Shown here: in pieces, positions 10,271 through 19,448 of the stretch
Layout: each line of letters opens with the position of its first letter
Position numbering within the stretch: position 1 is the stretch's first letter
DNA from: Gemmata obscuriglobus
GTDB lineage: Bacteria > Planctomycetota > Planctomycetia > Gemmatales > Gemmataceae
Length of the DNA: 32,000 nucleotides
NCBI RefSeq assembly: GCF_008065095.1
Contig: NZ_CP042911.1
Coordinates: 1,260,001-1,292,000, forward strand
Direction of reading: 5' to 3'
Translations under genes and position numbers: made by a program
The notes under the pieces: model-generated
Database searches by the model: none
Seen by the model: only the letters and a program-made list of their open reading frames with translations
What the model was told of the DNA's origin: nothing

Positions 10271-10350
10271 CTATTTCTCGTGGCCCATGCGTTCCTGCCC
10301 GGCGGCTCTCACGCGCCGCCGGGCAGGAACGCATGGGCCACGAGAAATAG
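10271..10350. repeat. Perfect 36-bp inverted repeat with an 8-nt loop, between convergent genes
   Basis: CTATTTCTCGTGGCCCATGCGTTCCTGCCCGGCGGC (10271-10306) and its exact reverse complement (10315-10350) flank the loop TCTCACGC. Confidence 0.85.
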
Positions 10351-10413
10351 GCACCGCACATCCGTTGCCGCGCCCGCCTCCTGGCAGCTTGCGCCGGCTA
10401 AAGGGGCGAGATG

Positions 10414-11295
10414 TCACCAGTCGCCAAGCACTTCACCCCCGGCCGGGGTCACTGCGCCCCAAAACACCGCTTCGCTCACGCTCGAAGGGATCGTCCGGTA
10501 ACTCCCGTCCGCATTGAGCGCCGATAACCCGCTGGCAAACAGGGCCTGGGGAACTCGAAAGTCGCACGAGTCGAAGGGCGGGCGCACCTGAAACGTCAGG
10601 CCCCGAATCGACGCGGTAGATTGTCCCGGCGCGACGGCCACCGGGGCCACGTCGGTGTACATCGGCGCGTCCGCAAACGTCGCACGGTGGCGGAGCGGTT
10701 GGTCACAGGGGATCGGGTTCGGGTTGCCTTGCTCCGCGCATTGGGTTCCGAGGATGCTCCAGGTGAAGCCCGAGAGCCCACAGCGCGCGTAGTGGTGGCT
10801 GAACAGGAGCGTTCCCGATAGGCCGTCCGGGAACCCGTTCTGGAGTTCGGCACCGCGCCGCAGTGCTTGCGCGTTGGCCGCGTAGCTCGTGTCCCCGAGG
10901 TCATCAGAGGCCGCGCGATCGGGGGCCACAGCCAAGCCGAACGAGGGGTCGGCCGGCGCGCGGAAGAACTTCGGCTGGTACCACCGGCTGCTGGCAGAGT
11001 CTGACGGCTGGCTGCCCGTGGGCAACTGGAGCTCAAGATACGGGAGCAGCGTGTACAGCACGGAATCGCCTTTTACCGGACCGGCGCCGTCGATGTCCGG
11101 CAGTTTGCCGTCGTGGGCTGCCGCGAACGAATGGATCGCGATCCCGAGCTGGCGCATGTTGTTCGCTTCTTGCATCCGTGCCGCTGCCGAACGCACCTTC
11201 TGCACGGCCGGGAGGAGCAGGCCGATCAGCACCGCCAAGATTCCGATGACGACGAGCAACTCCAGCAGTGTGAACGCTGTTCGCGGAAAACGCAT
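10414..11295 (-). CDS. DUF1559-type protein with a prepilin-type N-terminal cleavage/methylation signal
   Basis: The ATG at 11295 gives [57 protein letters not shown], the typical planctomycete type IV pilin-like / DUF1559 N-terminus. The track ORF extends upstream to 11547 without support. Confidence 0.85.
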   Translation of the reverse strand: MRFPRTAFTLLELLVVIGILAVLIGLLLPAVQKVRSAAARMQEANNMRQLGIAIHSFAAAHDGKLPDIDGAGPVKGDSVLYTLLPYLELQLPTGSQPSDSASSRWYQPKFFRAPADPSFGLAVAPDRAASDDLGDTSYAANAQALRRGAELQNGFPDGLSGTLLFSHHYARCGLSGFTWSILGTQCAEQGNPNPIPCDQPLRHRATFADAPMYTDVAPVAVAPGQSTASIRGLTFQVRPPFDSCDFRVPQALFASGLSALNADGSYRTIPSSVSEAVFWGAVTPAGGEVLGDW

Positions 11296-11381
11296 GTGGC
11301 CCTTTCTGGCTAAAGAAAGACCCGTGTGCAGAACATGGCGGAAGGGTCGCTTGGAGAGCGAAGTGTATCCGGGAGGGAAGC

Positions 11382-11411
11382 AACTTACTCGCCGGTACAA
11401 TCCGATGTCAA
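11382..11411 (-). promoter_or_regulatory. Candidate sigma70-like promoter for the DUF1559 gene
   Basis: On the minus strand, TTGACA (11411-11406), an 18-nt spacer and TAAGTT (11387-11382) sit in an A/T-rich stretch about 85 nt upstream of the ATG. Confidence 0.25.
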
Positions 11412-11501
11412 CAGCAGCCCGCGACGACTGGTTAAAATACAAATACGTAATCAATTTGCCTAAACGCATCAATTGAAATGAGACTTTCGCAGGCGCCCTA
11501 A

Positions 11502-11804
11502 CCATTTGGGGCCGCCACGTGCGCGGAGTTGTTGGCGGTCGAGGCATCGCTGTGGACGTTCGCGCGGATGGCCGGCGTGGAACCGACCAACAACGCGGCC
11601 GGGCGCGAAGTGCGCCACGCCGTGTGCTGGCGCGAGACGAGCTCCGGGACCGACAGCGAACAGGGGAGTCGATTCGTGGAGCGGGTTCTCACGGTGATCG
11701 CCTCGTGTTGCCGGCAGAACCGCAACGTGTTGGCATTCCTGACCGCCGTCACCGCCCACCGCACTGGTACGACGCCACCAACTCTGTTCTCCGCGCCATC
11801 GTGA
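11502..11804 (+). pseudogene. C-terminal remnant of an IS66-family-like transposase
   Basis: The frame opens right after a TAA at 11499-11501. It encodes ...[64 protein letters not shown], which resembles the conserved C-terminal block of IS66-type transposases (xPTNNxAERxxRxxVxxRKxSxGTxS..G). There is no N-terminal or DDE part, so it is truncated. Confidence 0.6.
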
Positions 11805-12152
11805 ATACAACCGGGCAGCGGCTTATCAATCATTGATAGGCAGCCGCATTACCCGTGAACGAGTGCTCGTTTATATATATATTTCTATCTGTGCTATCGT
11901 ATCCGCACCGGGTACCGTCAGGCAGGGCCAGAGGTTCCGGCCGTTGTGGGCGAGCACCACGACCGCGCCACAATCCGCAACCCTCGCCGAACTGTGCTTG
12001 GACTTGGCAGCGGACCCGATTCGTGGAAAGTGCAGGATGAAGGTGACGTGGCGGAATGTGGGAAGGGAATCGTACGCTCGCGAGCGAAAGCCGATAGACT
12101 TCTCAATAACTAAAAGGGACAGGATCGATCCCGCCGGCGTGTCGCGGGCTCG

Positions 12153-12377
12153 ATGACGGAGGATGCACTGATGGCGGGCGGCCCGACTTCCGATCGGCAG
12201 GGGTTCCTTCCCAACGTCTTGGGATGGCTCAGCTTCATCGGGCTGTTTATGACCGGTATGGTAGGACTGTCCGCCGCAATTCGGTCGGCCCCGGACCTGG
12301 CCGGAGCGGCGTACCTGTTGACCGGCGGGCTCGCGTTCGGCGCGGTCGTACTCCTCGTCCTTCGCCGCGTCCCGTAG
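12153..12377 (+). CDS. Small hypothetical membrane protein with two predicted TM helices
   Basis: ATG start. Two hydrophobic stretches are present: LGWLSFIGLFMTGMVGLSAAI and AAYLLTGGLAFGAVVLLVL. Third-position GC is weaker than in neighbouring genes. There is no homology support. Confidence 0.4.
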   Translation: MTEDALMAGGPTSDRQGFLPNVLGWLSFIGLFMTGMVGLSAAIRSAPDLAGAAYLLTGGLAFGAVVLLVLRRVP

Positions 12378-12503
12378 AGAAATGCGGGAGCAGTTACGGG
12401 CGGTTGACCGATACGAGCGGGGCGCTGGGTGCGCTGCGCAGTTGAGAACGCTCGCCACGCTGCCCTGCTTCCACTCAACCGGCCAGAACGCGTGACGCGT
12501 GGC

Positions 12504-14555
12504 TCAATTCTGTCGCGGCGCGGCGGAGCGGGGCAGGGCCGCAAACCGGCTCGATGAAGCGCCCGGCAGTCGCGCGTCGAGCCACGCGGCCGCCCGCTCT
12601 GCATCCCAGCCCGCGGCAACGTCGAACCGAACCGCGGCGGTGAACGCGAACGGACCGGCGCCCGTCACCTTCTCGCGCACCCCGGGCTCCAGCTCGACCC
12701 ACGCACCGTCCGGACCGTCCGCGGCGGGCCACACCGCGACAACCGCGTCGGCGGCGGTCTCCCAGTGGAACTCGCCGCACGGGCGGAGGCGCACCTCACC
12801 CAGCGTCTCCGCCAGGAACCGCTTCGCGTCGGCGACCGGGGTGTTCCACGGGAACGTGATCTCCGCGAGCTGCGGGTCGGCGCCGGTTTCGAGGAACCGC
12901 AATTCGATTTCGGGCCGGTCCGCGAGCGGCTCACGCACCAGCCGCCGCCGCTGCTCCGGGTCGGGCGCCACCAGCCGGCACACCAGCCGGTTCCCTTCGG
13001 CCGCCCACGTTTCGCGATCGAGTACGCGGGCCAGCCGCGCCGCGAACGGGGGCGCGCCGCCGCGCCCGCGCCGGTCGTCCGCCGGAACCGCGTGCCCCAC
13101 GAGGACGTACCGCCCGGCGAGCCGCGCCAGCCAGGGGAACTCGTTCTCGGTCAGCTCTTCAGCCCGGTCCAGTACCAGCAGCCCGAACGGCCCCTCGTTG
13201 GCGGGCGCCGCGAACACCGGATCAACCTTCAAGCTCCCGGGCGTCCCGACGACCACCCGCGGCGGGGCCACCGGAACGGCGCGCGCCGCCTCCGCCGCCT
13301 TTTCACGCGCCGCGGCCAGCGCCGCCTGGGCCGCGCCGTGGTCGTCACCAGGGACCGTCGAAACGATCACCTTGTTGAGCGCGGCCGATTCGGCCCGCGC
13401 CCGCGCGAGTTCGGCCTCGGCCTCGGTCACGGCGGTCGCGGCCGCCGCGCGCCGGGAGGCCAGTTCGTTCGTCACCAGGGCGTCGCGCGCCGCTCCGGAG
13501 GCGGTCGCGGAGGCGGTCACGGCCCCTTCCAGCTCGCGCACCTGCGCGGCGAGCGCGGCGGCTTCGGCTTCGAGCACCTGGAGCTGCTTTTCGAGGTCCG
13601 CGGGCTCGACCGCCCCGGGCTTGGCCTTGCCGCTGAACCAGCGCGACAGGAACCCGGGCTTGCGCAGGGCCTCGGCGTGCAGGTGCCGGGCCTGCTCCAG
13701 AGCCGACTGCTTTTCGTCTCGTGCGGCAACCGCGGTCCGGAGTTCGGCGCCGCGCCGCTCGACCGCCGCGGCGTGGTCCGCGTCGAACTGCGCCAGCGCC
13801 CGCGCGAACGGGGTGTCGGTTTCGGCCCGCAAATCGGCCTCCACGCGGTCGCGCCGGGCCGTCAGCTCGGTCAGACGCGTTTCGAGCCGGGCGAGCGACT
13901 CGTTCACCTCGACCAGCCGCGCGATCGCCTTTGCCACCGGCGCGAACGCCGCCATCCGGGCTTCCGCGGCGGCCACTGCCCCGGCGGCGTCCCGCTGCAA
14001 CTGTGCGGCCCGGTTGATGCCCAATGCCGCGGACGTGACCGCCGCCACGACGGGCGGCAGGCGGGACGGGTTCTCGTTGTCGCCGAGCGCCCGGAGCACC
14101 CCGACCGACGCCCCCAACAGGCCCTCGACGATACGGTCCGCCACGCCGGGGTTGGGCGACAGGACCAGTACGCGATCGGCCGCGAGCGTGGCGAGATCGA
14201 AGATGAACCGCTCGCCGGCAGCCGGGTCGGCGTGGACGACGAGCAGGTCGGGGCACGCGGCGGCGCGGGCGGCGCAGTGGTACTCGCTCGGCGCCCGGCC
14301 CCCGGACGGGAGCGGCGCCGAGCGGAAGCACGAGAGCGGCAGCTCGCCCGCGAGCAGGCGGGTGAGCCACGGGCGGCCGCGTTCGCCGGGGTCGGTCACA
14401 GGATGGCCTTCCCGCGCGGGGGGCGCGCCGGGTCCAGAGGCGGTCGGTCGGGGAACGAGGGTCGCGGTCATCAACGAGCCGTTGCCTTCGTGAGAGAGGT
14501 CCGTGCGCGGGCGGGCGGGCGGAGGCGGCGGGGCGTGTGGTTCCCGGTCCGTCAT
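12504..14555 (-). CDS. Hypothetical protein: degenerate SF1 (Upf1/DNA2-like, AAA_11-type) helicase scaffold with a long coiled-coil insertion
   Basis: Motif order resembles AAA_11 helicases, but catalytic residues are replaced:
- HADPAAGERF where the Walker A motif is expected
- RVLVLSPNPGVADRIVEGL
- VVVGTPGSL
- FGLLVLDRAEELTE where DEAxQ is expected
- RYVLVGH where LVGD is expected
The central region, about 270 aa, is Ala/Glu/Arg/Leu-rich. The start is uncertain: ATG at 14555, or ATG at 14471. Confidence 0.55.
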   Translation of the reverse strand: MTDREPHAPPPPPARPRTDLSHEGNGSLMTATLVPRPTASGPGAPPAREGHPVTDPGERGRPWLTRLLAGELPLSCFRSAPLPSGGRAPSEYHCAARAAACPDLLVVHADPAAGERFIFDLATLAADRVLVLSPNPGVADRIVEGLLGASVGVLRALGDNENPSRLPPVVAAVTSAALGINRAAQLQRDAAGAVAAAEARMAAFAPVAKAIARLVEVNESLARLETRLTELTARRDRVEADLRAETDTPFARALAQFDADHAAAVERRGAELRTAVAARDEKQSALEQARHLHAEALRKPGFLSRWFSGKAKPGAVEPADLEKQLQVLEAEAAALAAQVRELEGAVTASATASGAARDALVTNELASRRAAAATAVTEAEAELARARAESAALNKVIVSTVPGDDHGAAQAALAAAREKAAEAARAVPVAPPRVVVGTPGSLKVDPVFAAPANEGPFGLLVLDRAEELTENEFPWLARLAGRYVLVGHAVPADDRRGRGGAPPFAARLARVLDRETWAAEGNRLVCRLVAPDPEQRRRLVREPLADRPEIELRFLETGADPQLAEITFPWNTPVADAKRFLAETLGEVRLRPCGEFHWETAADAVVAVWPAADGPDGAWVELEPGVREKVTGAGPFAFTAAVRFDVAAGWDAERAAAWLDARLPGASSSRFAALPRSAAPRQN

Positions 14556-14841
14556 GCCGGCACCCTGACTGGCGTCCCACCCATTCGCACGGCCCACAGT
14601 ATCAAGAACTCGCTCGCGCCGTTAAAAGAACGGCGCGCCGGGGGCAGGTTGCGCCCCCAAAGGTACCGAAACGCCAAGTCAGCGGGACGGTTCGACGGCT
14701 TGCCAAGAGTATAGACGGCCGGTCCCGGCGAAGCTATCGCGTACCAAAAATTCCCGGGCGCGGTATTTGGCGTCTTGGCGTCGGATTCTTCGGAATCCAT
14801 CACGGCACGAGGGACGTTCACCGGCGCGCCGACCGCCCGTC

Positions 14842-16563
14842 TCAAGGCTCGACCGTCACCACGTTCATGGCCGGCTTCGCGGACAGCACACGGAGTACCG
14901 GGAGCAGCGGTGCGAACGTCTTTTCGTCGTGCCAACTGTGGTCCGCGATCTTCAGGTGCCCGGGACCGACCCCGCCCAGCCCGAGCGTCGCGTCGAGCGG
15001 TAGCCACTGGCCCTCCGCGAACACCTCGAACCACATGTGGTACGCCAGGTACGGTTTGCCGTCTTTCGCGGGCGCGTAAACCAGCCCCAGCACCGTCCGC
15101 GCCGGCACGCCGACCGCGCGGCACATCGCCGCCGACAGCATCGCGTACTCGGTGCAGTCCCCGCTGAGCGTTTTCGCCACGTTGTCGGCGGTCGCCATCG
15201 CCTGCGAGAACTCGAACGCCTTCATGTTCCGGTTCACCCAGCGCTCGACCGCCGCCGCCTTGTCCCAGTCGGTTGCGGCCGCCGGGAGCCCTCTGGTGGC
15301 GGCGGCCGCGTGCGCCTTCACCCCGCCGTTGTCCCAGTTGATGAAATAGTTGCTCGCGGTAAACTCGGTGCCCGGTGCGGGCTGCGCCGGGGCACCCCGC
15401 GCCGGCCCGTGAGACGCCGACACGCTCAGCTCAAACGTCTTCGCCCGCGCGTCGAGGTTCTTAACGGCCTGGCGCGCGTCCGCCGGGAACAGGGTGCCCG
15501 CGTCGTCGTCCTTCGGGGCCGACACTTTGTAGACGACACTCTTCCGGCCATGTATTCCCGGAATCTCGCGATCCAGTCGGACGGATTGCGCGTTGAACAG
15601 TTCGACGGGCCGCATCACGTCGGCCGTTGCCGCCTCGCGCGTGGTGCGCAGGAACGTGACTTTCCCGCCGAACCCCGGGAAGTCGAACTCCATTTTCAGC
15701 GGCTCGAACGTTTCGGCATCCACCCAGGTCGTCGCGGGGGGCAGCTTGAACGTGCCCACCGGCTCCATCTTCGAGACGTAGCGGAGGAGCTTCCGGGCCG
15801 GCTCCTTCGCCCACAGTGCGGCCGTCTCCTCGGCCTCCAGGGTCACCGTCATCTTCACGACGCGGTTGATGACGCCGATGTACGACGGGTAGTCGAACGA
15901 CTCGCCCGGCTTGAGCGGCTTCTCTTTGAAGAGCGCCGGCTCCCGCACGCACCCGACCACGCCCTCGGGCCACGGGGTGTCGGAGGCCCCCTTCGCGGCC
16001 CCTTCGCCGGTCACCTTCAGCGTCTTGCCCTCGACGGTCCCGTTCAGCACGAGCGCCTGGTTGTGACCGATGCCCTGGCGCATGCCGGTGAGGAACACGG
16101 TCCCCGCGGGGCTCTCGACGGACGACTCCTCGGCCCACTGGCCCACCCGCTCGCCGAACCGCGACACGGTGAACTTCTGGTACTTCACCCCAACGAGCAG
16201 GTCCCGCCCGCTCTTTTTGGTCGCCTTGGCGCCCCACTGCACGTACCCGATCCGCTGGCCGTCCACGCCGGCCGCGAACCAGTACTCGAACGCCACATCG
16301 GCGTCGAGCTTCGGCGCGCCCGGCGGCGGCACCTGCAGCGCCCCCGCGGGCGCGGACGTCTTGGCGGGGAGCGCCGGGGTGGCGAGCGTCGGCGCCGAAA
16401 GGGAGGGCGGCTTCCCGTTGGGGCGGATGACCAGGAACCGGGCTTCGTCGAACTTCTCTTCGCCGGATTTCTGGGGCCGGATGACGATGTTGGGCTGCGC
16501 GGCCGCGGCGGCGCAGCACCCGAGCAGGAGCGCGAACAGCGGAGCGAAGCTCAGCGGTTTCAT
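14842..16563 (-). CDS. Secreted/lipoprotein transglutaminase-like domain protein
   Basis: Signal/lipobox-like N-terminus MKPLSFAPLFALLLGCCAA. The C-terminal transglutaminase core has Cys in SGDCTEYAML, His in YHMWFEV and a downstream Asp in LPLDAT. Confidence 0.8.
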   Translation of the reverse strand: MKPLSFAPLFALLLGCCAAAAAQPNIVIRPQKSGEEKFDEARFLVIRPNGKPPSLSAPTLATPALPAKTSAPAGALQVPPPGAPKLDADVAFEYWFAAGVDGQRIGYVQWGAKATKKSGRDLLVGVKYQKFTVSRFGERVGQWAEESSVESPAGTVFLTGMRQGIGHNQALVLNGTVEGKTLKVTGEGAAKGASDTPWPEGVVGCVREPALFKEKPLKPGESFDYPSYIGVINRVVKMTVTLEAEETAALWAKEPARKLLRYVSKMEPVGTFKLPPATTWVDAETFEPLKMEFDFPGFGGKVTFLRTTREAATADVMRPVELFNAQSVRLDREIPGIHGRKSVVYKVSAPKDDDAGTLFPADARQAVKNLDARAKTFELSVSASHGPARGAPAQPAPGTEFTASNYFINWDNGGVKAHAAAATRGLPAAATDWDKAAAVERWVNRNMKAFEFSQAMATADNVAKTLSGDCTEYAMLSAAMCRAVGVPARTVLGLVYAPAKDGKPYLAYHMWFEVFAEGQWLPLDATLGLGGVGPGHLKIADHSWHDEKTFAPLLPVLRVLSAKPAMNVVTVEP

Positions 16564-16899
16564 GGCGGTGGTCCCTCAGGCTCCGGGTGCGCCGGTCGGT
16601 CGTCCCTGAATAAATCGGATGCCGGGGGAGCGGCGTTAGCTCGTTTTTCGGTTTCGCGGCGCGGCGGCGGGCGGCCGGCCGCTCCAGTGCCTCGATCATA
16701 CACCGGCGGCCCAATCGGAACACCCGGAGTTGGCGCCATTTCTCGCGCGCCGGACTCGTCGGTGGTCTATAATTCGGGCGGCACGGACGCCAGCGGCGCG
16801 AATTGGGTAGTAAGCTGAAGTACTCGAAGCTCTCCCCCAAGACGCCGACCGCCACGACGCGACACCACTGATTCAGATTCTTGGGTTCTTCCAGAACCG

Positions 16900-17556
16900 T
16901 TGTCGCAGCGAGGTGTCCCCGTGACTCCTGACCGGATGGCCACTCACCTGTCGGTGAATTCGTACGGCTCGTTTCTACTCACGGACGCGATCCGGCCCGG
17001 GATCGGGTTGCCGGTGCGCCCCCGCGAGGGCTACCGCATTGATGTGTACCGCGACCGGACCGCGCAACTGCGGTTGCCGATGATCTCGGCGGCGGTGTCC
17101 GCGGAGCGGCTGTTCGAAACGTTCCTCGCGCTGCTCGAGCCGCTGGGCGAGGTGGTTCACGTGGTGCTCGAAAGCAGCCACGGGACGGCCACCGATGTCC
17201 ACCTCGACTTGCGCCGCGAGCACATCGACCGCTCGGTGCTCGCGAGCCACTTTTGCGACTTCGAAGAGCTGCTCACGCACGACGGCTGCACGGGCGTCGC
17301 CGTGATGGCGGCCCGCCGGGCGATGGAAGTGCAGTTCGACGAGCACAAACTGCTGCACGTGTACGCCCGGAACCTGAAGCCGTTCCGGCGCATCCTGCGT
17401 GCGAACGGGGTGCGCCGCCGGGCGGTGCTCCCGCTGATCTCCGAGGCCGAGCACCTGCACCACACGACGGGCCACTTCGCGGCGGACTTCCGCCAGCTCG
17501 CGCTGCGGGTCGGCGTCGGCGACTTCGACCGCGTCTTCAGCGACGAGCGCGAGTAA
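16900..17556 (+). CDS. Hypothetical protein
   Basis: Coding-like composition and G/C third-position bias; no motif recognised. The start is uncertain: TTG at 16900, GTG at 16921 or ATG at 16936. Confidence 0.5.
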   Translation: MSQRGVPVTPDRMATHLSVNSYGSFLLTDAIRPGIGLPVRPREGYRIDVYRDRTAQLRLPMISAAVSAERLFETFLALLEPLGEVVHVVLESSHGTATDVHLDLRREHIDRSVLASHFCDFEELLTHDGCTGVAVMAARRAMEVQFDEHKLLHVYARNLKPFRRILRANGVRRRAVLPLISEAEHLHHTTGHFAADFRQLALRVGVGDFDRVFSDERE

Positions 17557-17612
17557 AGAGCCGGCTTCGGTCCGTCGCCCGTGGTGTGCGGACCGAAACC
17601 GCCCTTTCCGTC

Positions 17613-18998
17613 TCACGGCAGCGGGATGTCCTTGAACTCGAACGCCACTTCGTGGGTCACCGTGTGCCACTCGGTGAGCACCAGCTTGGTCGGCGGGCCG
17701 ATTCTCGGTCCGGGCTGGCCGGTGCGCCGGTCCTCCGACCCGAACATCATCACCGCCTGGAACCCGCCGGGGGTGTGGTTGCTCGACTGTAATCCGTAGC
17801 TGAAGTACCGCGTCCCCTTCTCGTCCATCAGTTCGATGCGCTGGGGGATGGCGTTGGCCCACATGTAGTCGTCGCCGCGGCGCGGGTCCACGGGCACGCG
17901 GTTCTTCGCGGTCACGCTCACCGTAAACGTGCCCTTGTTGTTCGCGTCCTCGTCGCACGCCGTCAGCTCCAGATCGACGGTCCGGCCGGCGAACGACTTC
18001 TTTTTCACCTTCAGCGGGTCCGCGATCACCAGTTCCGGGGACGTGCCCGAGAGGAGTTCGATCCGGGCCGTCCCCTTGAGCGATTTGATGCTGGTCGCCC
18101 CGCGGTCGGCGCGGGCCAGGTTCACGCTCATCCCCTGGGTGTGCGAGCGGTTCCCGCGGCTGTAGTAGCCCGACCGGTACTCGAAACCGTTGCGCTCGCG
18201 CGGCGGCACCAGCGACCCGCCCAGGTTGTCGACCGCGGACGACAGCTCGACCTGCGAGATGCCGAGCATCGGGTTCTTGGGCTCCGAGTTCACCTGGAAG
18301 TTCAGGTTCAGGTACTCGTGAACGCGCTCCCCGCCGCCGCGCCGGCCGACCCCGGACAGTTGCACGTTGCGGCTGGAGTTGATGTTGGTCGCCATGAACC
18401 GGAACGGGCCGGCGTACGTGACGTACGGGTTCGCGCCGTCCTGGTTGAAGACCCGCACCGTGCTGTCGTCGTAATCGGTCTGCACGGTGGCCCCGGCGGC
18501 GCCGGCGACCGCGTCCACCGCCTGCCAGAACGGGGCGTTGCTGAACTCGAACGAGTGCTTCGCATCGGACGCCGCGCCGAACTCGATCCGGTAGCCGGTC
18601 TGCCGGGCGATGTCGTCGAAGATCTGCTTGGCGGTCCGGCCCTTCGCGCTCAGGGTGACCCGCTTCGGCGCGACGAGCCGCTCGTGGTCCATCTTGCGGA
18701 CCAGGACCGACAGCCGGCGCAGCACCTCGGGGTCGTCCGTGTTGTTGAGCGCGCGCCGCATGTACGGGAGCGCCCGCTCCCCTCGCGCGGCCAGCTCGCG
18801 CCCGGCCCGCTCGCGGGTGCGCCAGTCGTCCGAGCCCAGCTCCTTGAGCAGCTTTTCGGTGTCGGCGTCGCCGGGGCCGTCGGCGACAAGGGGCATCGCG
18901 GGCACGGCGGCCGTTAAGAAGAGCCCCTCTTTCCCTTTGGCCGCGAGTGCCGCCCCGAGCAGCAGCCCCAGAACCGCGGTGACGGCTGCCCTGCGCAT
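17613..18998 (-). CDS. Secreted hypothetical protein with an N-terminal HEAT-like repeat
   Basis: The ATG at 18998 gives the signal peptide MRRAAVTAVLGLLLGAALAA. A HEAT-like motif DDWRTRERAGRELAARGERALPYMRRAL follows. The remainder looks beta-rich. Confidence 0.7.
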   Translation of the reverse strand: MRRAAVTAVLGLLLGAALAAKGKEGLFLTAAVPAMPLVADGPGDADTEKLLKELGSDDWRTRERAGRELAARGERALPYMRRALNNTDDPEVLRRLSVLVRKMDHERLVAPKRVTLSAKGRTAKQIFDDIARQTGYRIEFGAASDAKHSFEFSNAPFWQAVDAVAGAAGATVQTDYDDSTVRVFNQDGANPYVTYAGPFRFMATNINSSRNVQLSGVGRRGGGERVHEYLNLNFQVNSEPKNPMLGISQVELSSAVDNLGGSLVPPRERNGFEYRSGYYSRGNRSHTQGMSVNLARADRGATSIKSLKGTARIELLSGTSPELVIADPLKVKKKSFAGRTVDLELTACDEDANNKGTFTVSVTAKNRVPVDPRRGDDYMWANAIPQRIELMDEKGTRYFSYGLQSSNHTPGGFQAVMMFGSEDRRTGQPGPRIGPPTKLVLTEWHTVTHEVAFEFKDIPLP

Positions 18999-19448
18999 GT
19001 GGTGCCCCGTGAGTCGATCGGAGGAGTTATTCGGAACGCAGCACAAACACGGGTTCTAGCCTAGCAGCGGGTAACAACGGCCTCAAGGACCTGGCGGCCG
19101 GACTGTTGCGCAGTTTTGTAAATAAGTGCTCAAGTCTGACACGGGCTGCGACTGGTCCGATTAGGCCGATTGTGAGGCCCCGCCGGGTCGCGCCGGCGTG
19201 CGGGCCGCGCCACGGGACGAAAAGGGGCGTTCAGGGCAACGGCACAATCCGTTTCAACAACAGGGACGGCACCCGCATTCGTCCCGGAGTGGCGCAAGAA
19301 ATCGCGTGAGAAGTGGCCACGCCGCAGCGTTCTGGTTGTAGCGGCAGCCGCGCCGATGCCGGCGCCCCGCAATCCCGGTACGGGATGTCATCTCCGCGCA
19401 GTTTCGCTATCATCGCGCTCGGTGGGACGTTCGCACTTGAGGCCCCGC

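Noticed and set aside
11871-12458. 195-aa minus-strand ORF across the low-GC island
   Set aside because: It has no coding-like third-position bias, an odd composition and no motifs. It overlaps the more plausible plus-strand small membrane ORF.
12499-14714. 664-aa and 649-aa plus-strand ORFs (12499..14493 and 12765..14714)
   Set aside because: These are Ser/Ala/Arg/Pro-rich low-complexity shadows of the minus-strand gene. The minus-strand gene shows ordered helicase-like motifs and a plausible coiled coil.
16768-16773. A TATAAT hexamer as the promoter for the gene at 16900
   Set aside because: No acceptable -35 element lies at 16-19 nt spacing (GCGCGC is at that position). An isolated hexamer is insufficient.
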